A program made the position numbers and the translations under genes. A stretch of 64,000 nt of DNA from Paraspadella gotoi (taxonomy: Eukaryota; Animalia; Chaetognatha), in contig JBJCIZ010001662.1 of the NCBI GenBank assembly GCA_051294375.1, positions 23,272 to 87,271 on the forward strand. The letters are read 5' to 3'. Below the pieces are notes generated by a model that saw nothing but the letters and a program-made list of their open reading frames with translations, was not told the origin of the DNA and made no database searches. This document shows positions 12,158 through 25,597 of this stretch, piece after piece. Each line of letters opens with the position of its first letter. The first letter of the stretch is position 1.

Positions 12158-14900
12158 TTAAATAAAAATCCTTACTTTTTTCTGACGGCGACGTCGCCAT
12201 CGTCTCTCTTTATGCAGAAATTTTTGGATGAGGGGAGGTGAAGAAATTCTCCGCGCCGTCAGGGGAACCCTTGTTAAAGGCTCTCCCCTCTCCTTCTGCT
12301 GACCAGCGGAGGTCCTCCTTTCACGCTTCAGTCTTTCACCAGCAGGTTCCTTTGACATGTTCTGACGTTTACCACTTGTCTGACTGTAAACAAGGTCAGT
12401 CAGTCTGTCATTCATTGTTTCATTTCTTTTACGTCGTCTTCTTTTGGCATTACATCGCCCATTTGACCCTTGCCTTCTCTCTTGGTCATGCTTCAAGGCG
12501 GAGCCCCTTCCATCAGCAGATTCCAGCTCTGGAACAGGCGGAGCAGCACCTTTAAAAGAGGTTTGCTGCAAATCTACTGACGGGGCTAAATCATGCTTTT
12601 CTTTTGACAATTCAACCTTCTTTACAGTAGTAGATGGATTCAGGGTAATCAAAGCAGACAGAACTGGTCCTGGAAGGCTTTTCTTCCCGGTCACAGTCCA
12701 GCCCCAAAGTGTGCACAAGGCTGTGAATCCAGACTTGCCTCCTCTTCGGAGGTTCACTACAGATCGGCATCGACCTACAGGTTCACCCTCCTGAGATAGG
12801 CTCATCGGAGCAGCCTGCTGCTGACAATCATTTTCAGTGTTTTCCATATCAGATTGATTAGGGCTCCAGTCTTCTGCTTCAGAAGGCGGCCTTCCTAAAC
12901 CAATATCTTCAATTTCTAAGTTCTTAAGAGTCTGTGCATCATGGCTAGCAGGCATGTCTGCTACAACCTTGTCCTGTTTTCTTTTCAACTTTAGATTCTC
13001 ATTCAGGCAATTCTGTTTGGAAAAACCTAATCGATCAGCAGTTTCCAACTCAGTAAATGGAAGAGTGGGAAAATCACCACCCTGACCAACCTCATAAGCT
13101 GGAGCAGCTTTTCCAAAAGAGTTATGCTGCAGATCCGCTGCCAAGATCCAGTCAATCTTTTTTTTTCGATACTTGACCCTCTTTTTCAATAGGTGGGTCA
13201 CCAAATTCTGGCCTGGAGTCTGGGTTTTGCTGATCAGTCAGCTTCTCTCTCTCCAGGGTCACCTCAGTTGGTAAATTTGTGTCAGAATGGGTCACAGTCG
13301 ACACACCAAGGGTGAGTGGAGATTTTAAGTCACTCATCTCTATGGACATTCAGCATGGCTGAATAATCCGCCAAAGCATGAATATCTTCCAAAGGGCTTG
13401 TCAGACTGGCCAAATGCTGACAGTCATTATCTATCATCTTAGTTTTAGGATCCATCTCGACAGTGGTAGTCTTGGGGTCTTCACTGGAGGAGATCACATT
13501 TTCTTCAATACTTTGATCTGGATTTCAATCCTCTGCATCAGGTTTACTGGAAGAGGCGGTACCAACAGATCCTAAATCACATTTTGATTGAACAGTTTTC
13601 TGTTCTTTGACTTCAGCATTGATGGAAGTACCATCACTGAAGGAGAAAACAGTCTCTGGATTACCAAAAGACTTCAACTCCTCAGCATCAGCAGAGGTGG
13701 AAGAAGAGATCGTACATTTATCATTATCACAAATGACATCTTTTTTCTCGGAGGGAGCGTCTTTTTTAAAAATTTTCAACCCACTCCTGAGTTGTCATTT
13801 GTGATCGAGCCTTAAGATCAGCCTTAGTTCTTTTCTTATCTAAATCCTTTCTTCTCTCCTTGGAGGCCTTCCTTCTCCTTTCTTTCTTCTTTCTGGCTCT
13901 TTTCTTTTCATTCAACTCTTTGAGCCTATTTTCTAATTCCAGCTTTTCCATTTCATACTCTCTCTTTCTCTCCTTAACCTCTATCTTCTTCTGTTCATAA
14001 GACTTAAAGGACAGGGTAAAATCTTGCTCATTAAATCTTTTTTCAGTTACTAAGCTGGCTGACCCCCAATTCCTCACACTCCTTGACTGCCTGCTTGAGT
14101 GGGAAGATTGTCCCTCAGAGGCCTTGCAAGGGCGGCTTTGATTCCGCTTAGTCTTAGGAATGGCATGCGACATCACAGTACCATCTCTAATACTTCCTTG
14201 TCTCAGCACACTAGAAGAGGTACAACCCAGGGACAATCCAACCCTTGGAACAACTTTTTCAATCTGCAGCGGCTCCTTAAATTCCTCAAAGTGAACAGGC
14301 CTCACTGCACCTTGACTGAAAGGGATATCCAAGGTCTCACAAGCTGAGTCAGAGAAGGACAAAATAGTTGGGACCATAGGTACTCCTTTCAATGCCATCA
14401 AATTTTCCCATGCCTTCAGTGTAGCCCTTGCCGCACTTACTTCATGGTTCTTGTCCTTGTCAGGCTGAAGGTGCGGCGACCAATGAAGTGAGGTCGAAGC
14501 CGTGGGGTTCTGTCTGGGTAAGGAAGAGAAAAAACAAATTAAAAAAGACGAGAATCTCGTCCAAATCAAAATTCAAAAGGGCGAGCAGCGCCGTCTCCAG
14601 TGCCGAGTTGCAAAGCAAACTGGTGGCGTGCTTCAGCCGTCAATTCTTTCTAAAAATTCACAATCTTTTTCGTCAGCCAACGCCTTTAATGGAGGGAAGA
14701 CCAGAGATTGGAAAATCTCCGGCGTCAGTCGTCACCGCGCGTCCAATAAACGTCGTTGGAGAGCAAGAGAGAAAGGTCAGCACCAGAGCCGACCGTCGTC
14801 GCTGCCTTTCGAAGTTTTGATTGCTTCGACGTCGGGAGTCTTTAGGCCGGGGGGTTCTGGGGTCCCCAGCATCAAATGAAGGTCGCAGCGCACTTTAATT
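12158..14900 (-). pseudogene. Long intronless frameshifted ORF of unknown function, probably transposon-borne
   Basis: A chain of overlapping minus-strand ORFs (14569-13766, 13779-13525, 13349-13152, 13204-12158) lies in a GC-elevated block. It has a Lys/Arg/Glu coiled-coil stretch and an internal repeat (DLQHNSFGKAAP / DLQQTSFKGAAP). No domain was recognised. Confidence 0.45.
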
Positions 14901-17900
14901 CGAAGCCATGGCTCGCGACCAGAAGCTCGTAACAAAGAATATCTAATTTATAATATATTTATATATATGACACAATGTGATGGACGAAAGACGGTCTCGT
15001 GCTGATTTTGTCCCTTTAAAATTGTTTCGGAGCCAAATTAATTGATCATTATTTTTGGTAATATGTGCGATATACATACTGGACATTACTGTATCTGATC
15101 ATAACCCTTGACCATCAACAAAAAAGCTAACTAGATCAAAAATAGTAAAAAAGATGAAGCAATATAGCTTGAAACGCTTACAAAATTTTAGACCATTGCT
15201 TTTATAAATGCAAAAAAATATTAATATTATTAAAACAAAACTTTAACGATAACCTAATAGTTAACCGAGACCAAGATGAATATTTTTTACCCATCATTTC
15301 CTCAATTTATATGGAATCATTTGTTTGTAATTAGTCAATTAATCTAAATAACAATATGACAAATTCATTTTCAATTTTCTTTATGAATGGAAGTTTTCTC
15401 TGCTTACTCCCTTGTGTCTAATTATTTAATATTTTAAAAGATATTTTCAAAAACCTTATATAATTGCTCTATTTTTTACTTTTTTTCAATTCTTTCAAAC
15501 CAAAACAACATCATAAAAACATTTTAAATTTAATAAAAAATTGATTGAATGATTTTGGAAAAAAATATTTTGAAACTTGAGATAATGGAGTTATGATGAG
15601 TCAGGAAAAAAATTTTGCATTCTAAAAAAATAGCCCTCTAGCCTTTCAATTTTTCTAGAGCTGATTTTTTATTTTTTTGATATTTTGATTTCTAGTGCAA
15701 AACCATTATTCTCAATGAGCATAGGTCGGACGAAATTTTTTTCCAACAATTTGAAAAAATTTCAACTTTTTTAATTAGGCTTTTTGGGGGAAATAAATAA
15801 ATAAATTATTATACGATGGGTAATCTGAAAGTGATTGTCTCTAAATGACAAAAAAAATTTCTTCAAGTTTTATTTTGAAATTAAGTATGTACCAATAAAT
15901 AAGTGAGATACTCTCGCTTTGCCAGAATTTTTATTTAACAAAGATTTGTACTGCGTAATTTAAAAAAATTATTTTTTTAAATAAACTTTTGAAAGAAAAG
16001 AGGTAGCAAGGTGGATGTGTGATCAAATTAAAGCCCTAATCATAGGACAACTTTCTAAAAGAGTTTTATTAATTAAATCCATAAATCTTTATACAAGCTT
16101 TTGTTTAAATCAGAGTTAAAAGTATAACAGTTTTTTGCTTTAAAATTTTAATGAAGGCATATAAATTTTGTTTTTTCTTTTGTAATTTTGAAAAAGGAAA
16201 GACTGAATTAACATTTGTTTATTATTAATTTTTTTTATTCCAATAAAATGCTTATATTTTTCAGTTAAAGTAAAAAACAAGCAAAAATTTATGTTGTAGC
16301 TTGATAAATGTATTTTTAATATTAAAAATGATAAATACAAAATGTTTTCAGCTTGATAAAAACAGTCTGGACATCTACCTTCTTGTCTGTGAAAAAAAAA
16401 TCGTCATTTTTCATTATCTTTAACTGCAAACTAAAAGCTTGACAACTGCTTGTTTATCATAAATAAAGTTGTAAAAAAATATATAGCTGGTAAACATATT
16501 TGACAAAGAAAACATCATTGAGTTAAATTGTATTGAATAATTTTTTTTTAAAATATAGCAAAGGAATTTAATTCTATATTTTATCATGCCTATTTAATTA
16601 AGAAAAAATATTTCTCGTAATAGCCCATTAGAAAGGTTTCATTGACTGAGCTTATGATAAAAATTATTTAGATTTTCTTTACCTAGCCCCTATTATTCAC
16701 AAGATAATAAAAGGTCATGTTATCATGTCAAATAGTCCAATTATCTGTACCCTTTCTGGCAACCTGCATTCCAATTTCTTTTTTTCCCTTTCAAATGTAT
16801 TAAATAAAAAAATTATTTGAGAGAAACAATTGGTGTGGAGGTTGCCATTGGTAAGCCTTAGTTACCCCACTTCCCGATCAAAATTTTAATGATGAGGTTT
16901 TTTTTTCCATCTATTTGAGAATAACTCTAACTATTAGTACTATTATTTTTTCTATTAGAGATCTATGAATAAATATGAATAAGTAACTTTTCACCTATAT
17001 TAGTGTATCAAAGATGGATTCGGATTTTTAAAAAACGTTTACACAAGTGATCACACACCTAATATACTTTAATTTAAAACACCTTTTATTCGATTTGAAA
17101 TTCTCAACATGAGAGATCCCGCGGTCGATTTTATCTGGCCCTAAATTATGCAATATTAGCTTAAGAGGAAAGGTCATTCAGCATAACAATATGTAATCAT
17201 TGATGTATTAGAGCTAATATATCGAGAAATACATTATAAATCTCAAGTATACACAAAAAAAATAAGTTTTTATTTATATGTAAACATTCGTTTTTATTCA
17301 TTTTTTTTTAAATGGGTACATAACAAAATTTTAAGTTAAATGGTAAGCACATTTTTTAAAGATTTGTTTTTCAAATCTGTTTGTTAAAATATTCTAGTAG
17401 AAGTTAAAAACACGGTGTGGGTTAGTTTAGAAGGGGGAATTAAAACAATTAAATACTCGTTACTCTGTTGGTTTTTCCAAGTCAGTGAACAAAATCTTCA
17501 GTTAAATAGATGGTAAAGAAATTCAAGCTACATAGGAATATACACTGAATTTGAAGAGTTGCAGCCTAAACGACTGCAATAATATTGATTAAAAAAATTT
17601 GATTAAGCAATCTTAAAAACATTTGTAAAATTGTAATAGAGAGACATTTTGATAAACGCGTTCCATGTTAGAAAGAATTCAGGGTTAAAGTTTAAAAACG
17701 TTTCATTTTCAAGGATACAAGTTGAAATTTAAAATGTCTCTCTATTATTTTTCTAAATTCAGTAATAGAAATTCATAAAAATATCAGATGGATTGACCTT
17801 GTTTCGTTTTGACCCTGCAACTCTTTCAGATAGGTTTTCTTTTATTTTATATTATAATTAAACCAATATAAAATGGGGTAGAATGCATCAAATGTTTAAA

Positions 17901-20900
17901 GTGAATACATTTTCGGAATGCCAGGAGCTCAGCTTTACTCGCATTTTAGCTCTATTTTGAAGTTGAATTGAATGACCCTTTTTCTTAAGATTCGAAGTTG
18001 TCAGAATAACGATGAGTCTCCTTTTATTCGCGTAATTTTAAAAACGTTTCTCATATTGGTTAATATTATAAAATTTAAATATTAAAGTTTTTAGAATATA
18101 TGTATTATATAATATAAAATAAGTTATAGGATTTACTAATAATAAATCTGTATATAATAAATTAATTAGTTAGAATATATGTTTAAAATATAAGTTTATG
18201 GATTCTTATATCATAGATAAATACTTTAAACGAGAAGCTCGAAATGCTTTTTCCTATGACAAATGAGGAATTCGATACAGGATTTTTGCCCAATAAAAAT
18301 TACATAAAATTAACTTATTTTTCTTGCTTAAAATCCTTATTACATTAATATTATTAACTTTTATAAATTGAATAATTTCGATTCGTTTATTTTTACCGTT
18401 ATATCAGTGCTTTTAATAAATAGGGTAAATCTCCGAGAAAAACATGGATAATAACGATAACTAAATAACCAATTAAAAGTAAAAATTTGAAGAGGAATAA
18501 AAAGATAATATGAATATTATGAATAATAATTAAATATATTATACAATAGATAATATCATATATTATAATGTGATTTATAATTATATATAAAATTATTTTT
18601 TTTTCTTTTAAAAACTAGGAAAATTTTACATTTTTAGAGCAAAGCTTGGAAAGCAGGGCAATTTTAGTGATTAGTCTAATCTTATCTCCATGTACTCATA
18701 ATAAATCAGACTTTTACATTATAATCTGATAATCATAATAATTGAAAAATATTTTTCTCTTCAACTAAACAAAAATTTTAAAAAGTCTAAAATTAAAAGC
18801 TAAAAACTGAAAGTTAAAAGTCAATTCATTTCGATAAATTCCTAGTATATCAATATAGATTAAGTGAAAAGGATCCATTCAGTATCAGAATCAATGATTT
18901 AAGTTTATTATTATGTTTGAATGATCGGTAAGAAAATTAAATACCTGTTAAATACTGTCTAATAAACATTACTAAATTAAAATAGTAAATATTTTGTAAC
19001 TATTATAAATAAAAGTAGTTTCATTCAAAGCAAACAGAGAACACTTGAGAAGGAAACTTAACTTCCAAGATTTTAAAGAATTGCTTTTGTTTTATAAGTT
19101 TTTTAAATCAAAACTCGTATATGTAGATAGTCCAAACATGTCAATTAATTATAAAATTAATCAAAGCTTGTCTGTAAACCTTGACAGATGGCTTTATTAA
19201 TTCTTCAATCAACAATATTGAAAAAGTCAGTAAACAAATTTTGATTAAAAACTCAAAAACAATATGATAATATTTTAATTGTTAACAACAACGATGAAAG
19301 CTATGAATTAGTCCGAAAATATGCATTTTTATGTAAAAAAATTATGTCCTTATTGTTAACCATTAAAAAGTTATTATTTCGTCTCTAAATCAGACAACAA
19401 AATAGACGAAATAATACATTGACTAAAAACTCAAAAAAACATCCGAGATAATTTTTTATAATTGAAAAAAAAGGTTGCCTATGGATGCGCAAACCCTCAT
19501 ACATCCTGAATTATTAGCCTATTAATAGTTATCAACGACCAAACCAGCCCGAGCGCGAGTCTCGTCAGCCACGCATTCACCTTCCTCTTCCTCCTCCTAG
19601 CACCCAGGGCTCGAGGCTCACCCAGTTTTCACTTCCTCGTTTCTCCTCTCTCTCTTCTACTTCCTCCTCTCCGCTCCTTCTGATTTTTCCCTCCAGTTTT
19701 TGTACACCTTTTTTGCCTTTTTTAGTAGTATATACACGTTTTCCTACATTTTGCCTTCTTCCTTTACGACTTCGTTAGTTAGACCCAGATTACCACCATC
19801 CCAGATAGAGTGGCGCCCAATGTGTTACTCTTACATAACCACTAATGAAATCCCCAAACATTTTCCACTCACCCCTGAGCTGCTAACCGGGACTTAACCA
19901 AAATGAGAATCTCACCTATTTCCCTATTTCCTCTCTAACCATCACAATAACAAACCTCACCCATTTCCCTCTTTCCTCTCTGACCCGCTCTCTGAACATC
20001 CTATTTAAACGCTTTCTCTGAGGTTATAAAAATGAAACTATAGTACATAGGAAAAAGGCTTTTATAATTGTAATATAATGAAAGAGACAGTAATATTGTT
20101 ATATGTTAGTGACAGAACCGTTCAATATAAGCAGTCCCTGAGCTTGCGATCAGGCTGTAACACATGTTACAGGCGGGTTAAGCGGCCCCGTCCCTCTTAA
20201 CTGCCAGACGACCACCGGCTAGAACCCCGGACCTTTGGGTTGGGAGGCGAATGACTTGCTCCGGCACCAATGGCCGCTGATGAAACGGTTGGTGGATTTT
20301 AGTCCACCATACATCCCCCCTCCCGCCGTAGGGAGAAAGTCTGTTGCGTCTCTTCAGTGAATTGTTGTTGGTGGAAAGTTCGTCACCAAGTGGCATGTTG
20401 CCTGAATGTGTTGTGGCGGAAAGTGCATCGCCAGGTTGAGGCATGTCGCCTGAAAGTGTTGTTGTTGTGTTGTGTTCGGAAGTCGGGCTCACCAATGAAG
20501 AGACAGTAATTATTGTTATATGTTATAGTGACAGAACCGTTAATATAAGCAGTCCCTGAGCTTCGGATCAGGCTGTAACACCATGTTACAGGCGGGTTAA
20601 GCGCCCCGTCCCTCTTTAACTGCCAGACGACCACCGGGCTAGAACCCCGGACCTTTGGGTTGGGAGGACGAATGACTTGCCTCCGGCACGCAATGGCCGC
20701 TGATGAACGGTTGGTGGATTTTAGTCCACCATAATAATAATAGTTTAAGAAGAAGGGGATAAAATTGTAATCAAATCATATCCGTTTAAAGCATTTATGT
20801 TTATGTATAAACTTTGTCATTGTTAAAAAAATAATAATTTATCTTTTCATAAATATTAATATTATATTTATTATTATTTATCATTTGACTATATAAGATC

Positions 20901-21170
20901 GGATTTTATATTAATTTTTCTTCAAAAATAAGTTCAGACTGAATTTCAGTAAAGCAAAACAAAAAATAGCGATTAATTTCTAAACTGTTTTCCTATAAAA
21001 ACAGAAAAAAACTATTAAAAATTACAACCTGCAGCTACTAAAAACTAATAAAATTATTAAGAATTATGAAATTATTAATAAAACATAGAAAATATCATTA
21101 ATAAGACCTTGTTATTAAAAAAAACTAAACTCATTGTCAGATTTCACAGGCAAAGATGCTCTTTTTATGA
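14408..21170 (+). repeat. About 6.8-kb direct duplication, copy 2
   Basis: Colinear with 5088-11885; indel density rises sharply after about 18050. Confidence 0.9.
20079..20733 (-). mobile_element. TRIM, full copy (inside the duplicated block)
   Basis: LTR-internal-LTR structure flanked by ataa on both sides. Confidence 0.85.
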
Positions 21171-23245
21171 AAAATTCGCAAATATCCGCCAGGTTCGCTA
21201 GTATTTTTTGTTCTTTTTGACCGGCTTGACCGGTCTTTAACATTAAAAAAGATCGAAATGACGTATTCGATCTCGGGATCTCTCATGTTCGATGCATTAA
21301 AGTTAAATATTTTTATACGAAAATTATTTATTTATTCGTCTGATTAAGTGTGCGAACGTTTTAATGAAACTCGATGTCTGTATATTTCCAACTTTTGGGA
21401 CTACCTATATTCAGTCATATCTGAAAAACAAAAAAAGATTTTGCATTGATATTTTGGATATCAACATATGAAACTATAACGTTTCAAAAAATAAAAAGAA
21501 ATATAATAATATTGAACAGTGAATTTTTTTTATGCACGGAACAGTAACGTTACGCCATTTTTCATTGTGTCATATATATATATTATATTGTAACACAATT
21601 AAAAACTTTGTTTTTTCTCTAAATATATATATTTATAATATATATATTTTTATATTGGTTGTACCAATTTCATATACATATATATATAAAAGATATATAT
21701 ATATATATAAGATTCTGGCGACTCGAGTTGACCTCAGTCAACCAGATGACCTTCGTCACAAAGAGACTGTGAACCCTCAGTCGTCGTCGTCGTCGGCTGA
21801 CTACTTCTTCTTACATTGTAAAGTTTCTCTCTCTTTTCGAATTCCAAGCCAAGAACTAAAAACTACGTTTTTATCTTTTTAATCGACGTTCAAATGAATT
21901 GCTATTAACTACATTTTACCCACGTTAAATCTTCTTCAAGTATATCGTCTTTTATTATTGTTTTGAACAATTGTAATAGGTTGATGAAACGTGGAACTCT
22001 TTTTGCCTTGTTACTGACTGTTTAAATAGTTATTATAAAATTAATTAAATTTAATCAACGACTTAATTCTTTGTGACGGGGGTCAACAAAAGATATAATT
22101 TAAAAAAGCCGCGGTTGCTCGTCGCAAGGCCATGGCTTTCGGATTTTGATTCGCAGTAGAGTCAATTATGCGCGTTTGGGTCCAATATAAAATGTAAAAC
22201 GTAGCTAAAGCCCTTTGATTTCTTCGGATTTATTTGAACGTTTAGAAAATTGATCCCGCGCTCCCCAAAAAATTGAAAGTAGACACCCTGGGCTCTCTTC
22301 CGGTGTATTCAAAATACTTTTTTTGATTGCTTGAGGTCGGAATTAACGGTTAAAAAAGTTGTTTATTTGATTACCTAAACAAGCAATCAAGCTTGGATTT
22401 TTTTTTTCATTTTTTTAGTCAGGTGCTTGGAGGAGACCAAATGCCTTCTATATATAAAGTCAAAGTGTTCTTTTGTTGAGTACAATTGAAGCACGAGCTG
22501 GTCTACGGAGAGGAAGATTTGAAGGGGTAGAACCAATCTATTTCAAATGCATTTTAATACATGAAAATGTTGAAATTAAGCTCGCGCTCCCCATTCATGT
22601 CCTTCCCAAGAACCTACGATTTCCGAATATACCCATATTGCCTCACTTTATTAAGGGCGTGACCTCGGAATTTTGAAAAATATCGATTTCTAGAGAAAAC
22701 TTGATCCCCCCATCGTGCGAAACGACTGGCACCCCCACTTAATTTTAATACAAATGAAAATAAAATCTTTTACAAGCTAAGATTGGAAAAAATTGTAACA
22801 ATTTCCAATTGTAAACAATTGTAACATTTTTTTTCCTTTTATTTCTTTAAATTATATATGTATTTTTCTTCCTATTTTTGTCAGTTGCTGCCTCTTCTGA
22901 ACCCTTTAAAAACGAGTTCAGGCTCTGCAGTTATTGTACAACTGCCTTCCAGCGGCTGTCCAGCTTTCTCTCTTTCTCTGTCTGTCTCTCTCTGTCTTTC
23001 TCTTTCTGTCTCTCTGTCTCTCTCCCTCTCTCTGTACAATCTCTTGTGTGATGGTTTTTTGAAAAAATTTTGATTATTTTTTTCCTTTTAAAAACTTTTA
23101 TTATCGCCATTTATTCTGCGCTTTTTTCTCAATGCAAAATCCCAAATTTACATACGAGATTTTCGTGGATTTATTCTCTTTCTCTCTTTCTTTCTCTCTC
23201 TCTCTCTCTTTCACTCATACACGCATTTGTTTGTTTTATTTATGA

Positions 23246-23525
23246 TGAATGATTCATTGCGTCAATGAATGACTATCATCGCATCAATGAATGACTATCA
23301 TCGTATCAATGAATGATTATCATCACATCAATGAATGACTATCATCCCATCAATCATTTGGTTATTATCACATCAATCATTTGGTTATCATCACATCGAT
23401 CATTTGGTTATCATCGCATCATTTATTGGTTATCATCGCATCAATATTTGATTATCATCGCATCAATCATTTGGTTATCATCGCATCAATCCTTTGGTTA
23501 TCATCGCATCAATATTTGGTTATGA
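23246..23525 (+). repeat. 22-23-bp minisatellite
   Basis: About 12 units, changing from gaatgactatcatcgcatcaat to catttggttatcatcgcatcaat. Confidence 0.9.
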
Positions 23526-23889
23526 TTGAAGGTAAGCAAGATCCTATTCTTTTAAGATTTTTTGACATATGAATTAAGATTCATCCCTGAATGTATCCTT
23601 ATGGAGATAAAGCAATAACCAATTGACATGAGACTGAGAAAAGGCAGGCATTTTTAATAGTAATGGTTAAAATCAAAAAGTAATAAAAAGAACCGGAAAT
23701 GAGTATCAATAAAAAGTATAGATATAAAAAAGATAAAAATGAAGGAAGTATTTTTTTGGACAACGTATTTTCTTTTACATGGAACTCCTGTATTTTTTGC
23801 CATACATAAATGAGACACTGCTTATATGAATCACAAAAGGCCAAAGTTTTTTATATCTAAATTTTATTTTTCGATTCTTACATTAACAA

Positions 23890-24870
23890 ATGCCCAAACA
23901 AATAACTGAAAAAGTAACCGCGACACTTTTTTCCCTCATGGTTAGTGTATGGTGGAATGGCATTATAAATTCACAGCCACAGTGGAACAACGGGACGGCA
24001 GCCCTGTCTCGCAACTGAACATTGGCCAGCAATCCGATGTCAAAGTCGTTCAGGCGAAAACTATCTTGAATCGCAGGCTGGTGTGGGCGTCCGCCAGGAG
24101 TTGCTGGATCTCCTTGTTAGAACTCTGGTCACCGGCTCAAGCGGCAAAATCGACGCCTTGGGGGCCAACTGCGTTGACCGTTGCGACCAAAGAGGGCATT
24201 TCTGAAGGTTCTGATGAAAGTGATGATCCTTCAGGTTCTGGGCCACTGCTTGCTGGGCTGATGAATCTTGATAGTGTGTCCGCTACCACGTTGGCCTTGC
24301 CCTTGATGTATCGGATGTCTGTTGTATATTCGGAGATGGCAGATAATTGATATGTTTGACGCATTTAGTGTGGCTCTGATTTCTTGCGAATGGTTTGAAC
24401 TAGGCTGTTCTGGTCAGAGAACAGAACAAAATTGTGCCCTTCCAGGAAGGGCCTGAAGTGCCGGACTGAGCGGTGTCCGGCTCAAGCGGCAAAATCGACG
24501 CCTTGGGGGCCAACTGCGTGACCGTTGCGACCAAGAGGGCATTCTGAAGGTTCTGATGAAATGTGATGATCCTTCAGGTTCTGGCCACTGCTTGCTGGGC
24601 TGATGAATCTTGATAGTGTGTCCGCTACCACGTTGGCCTTGCCCTTGATGTATCGGATGTCTGTTGTATATTCGGAGATGGCAGATAATTGATATGTTTG
24701 ACGCATTTAGTGTGCTCTGCATTTCTTGCCAATGGTTTGAACTAGGCATGTTTCTGGTCAGAGAACAGAACAAAATTGTGCCCTTCCAGGAAGGGCCTGA
24801 GTGCCGGACTGACGCGTGGCGGCAAGGAATTCACCCGGTCAAAAGGTTGGCCAATTTTGTCTGGTTCTGA
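23890..24870 (-). mobile_element. Ty3/Gypsy pol remnant (RNase H end to integrase Zn region), partly tandem-duplicated
   Basis: RQTYQLSAISEYTTDIRYIKGKANVVADTLSR occurs twice (24137-24364 and 24482-24706). This is the typical Gypsy RNase H C-terminal motif (G..N.VAD.LSR). Confidence 0.9.
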
Positions 24871-25597
24871 GCTAGCGGGCTGAGAAACAAGTTTGAGCAA
24901 ACAATGTCGGATCTGCCTACGAAAATTAATTAATTAATCGATTAATTAATTTTAATATTTAATAATTAATATAAATTTATATACAGCTTATCATCATCGA
25001 TGTCCTTAAAAATAAAGTAAATGTGACTTATATTTTTCCATTTAAACTCATTCCACTGGCACAATTCCGTCAAAACTTTATATCTCGCTTCTCACAAACT
25101 TTCCTTCCCGCTCACAAAATTTCATCTCAATCTATTATGGGTTAAAATAAGTAAAGAGTCAAGTAAATGTGACTCATATTTTTTTCATTTAAACTCATTT
25201 CCACTCGTACCAAACTTTATATCAAGCTTCGTCACACATTTTCCTACCCACACACAAAATTTGAACTCAATCTAACCATCCAATTATGATTAATTAGAGT
25301 ATTTTATGGTTAAAATAAGTAAAAAGATTTTAGAATGCAACTTATGTTTTTTTCCATTTAAACTCATATCACTCACACGATTCCGTCGAAACTTTATATC
25401 CAGCTTCATCACACATGTTCCTACCAATACACAAAATTTCATTCCGATCCAACCAGCCAATCACGAGTTATTGGGCTTTTTGCTAAGGTGGGACGGATGG
25501 ACGGATTGATTGACTGATTAATTAGTGATTAATTAATTGACTAATTGATTAATTAACTGATTAATTATTTGATTTATAATACATCCTGCATATACAT

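Noticed and set aside
20270-20345. Hammerhead in the TRIM LTR (ctgatga on the antisense strand)
   Set aside because: No correctly placed GAAA, stem III or cleavage triplet was found.
5088-21170. 6.8-kb duplication as a true segmental duplication
   Set aside because: Differences are mainly homopolymer indels with an error gradient, typical of redundant low-coverage long-read sequence. It cannot be accepted without read depth.
21705-21820. GC-richer patch ILATRVDLSQPDDLRHKE as an exon
   Set aside because: Splice signals are weak and there is no match to EMC4 or any family I recognise.
23246-23525. CRISPR-like array
   Set aside because: The units are contiguous with no unique spacers, the context is eukaryotic, and no cas genes are present.
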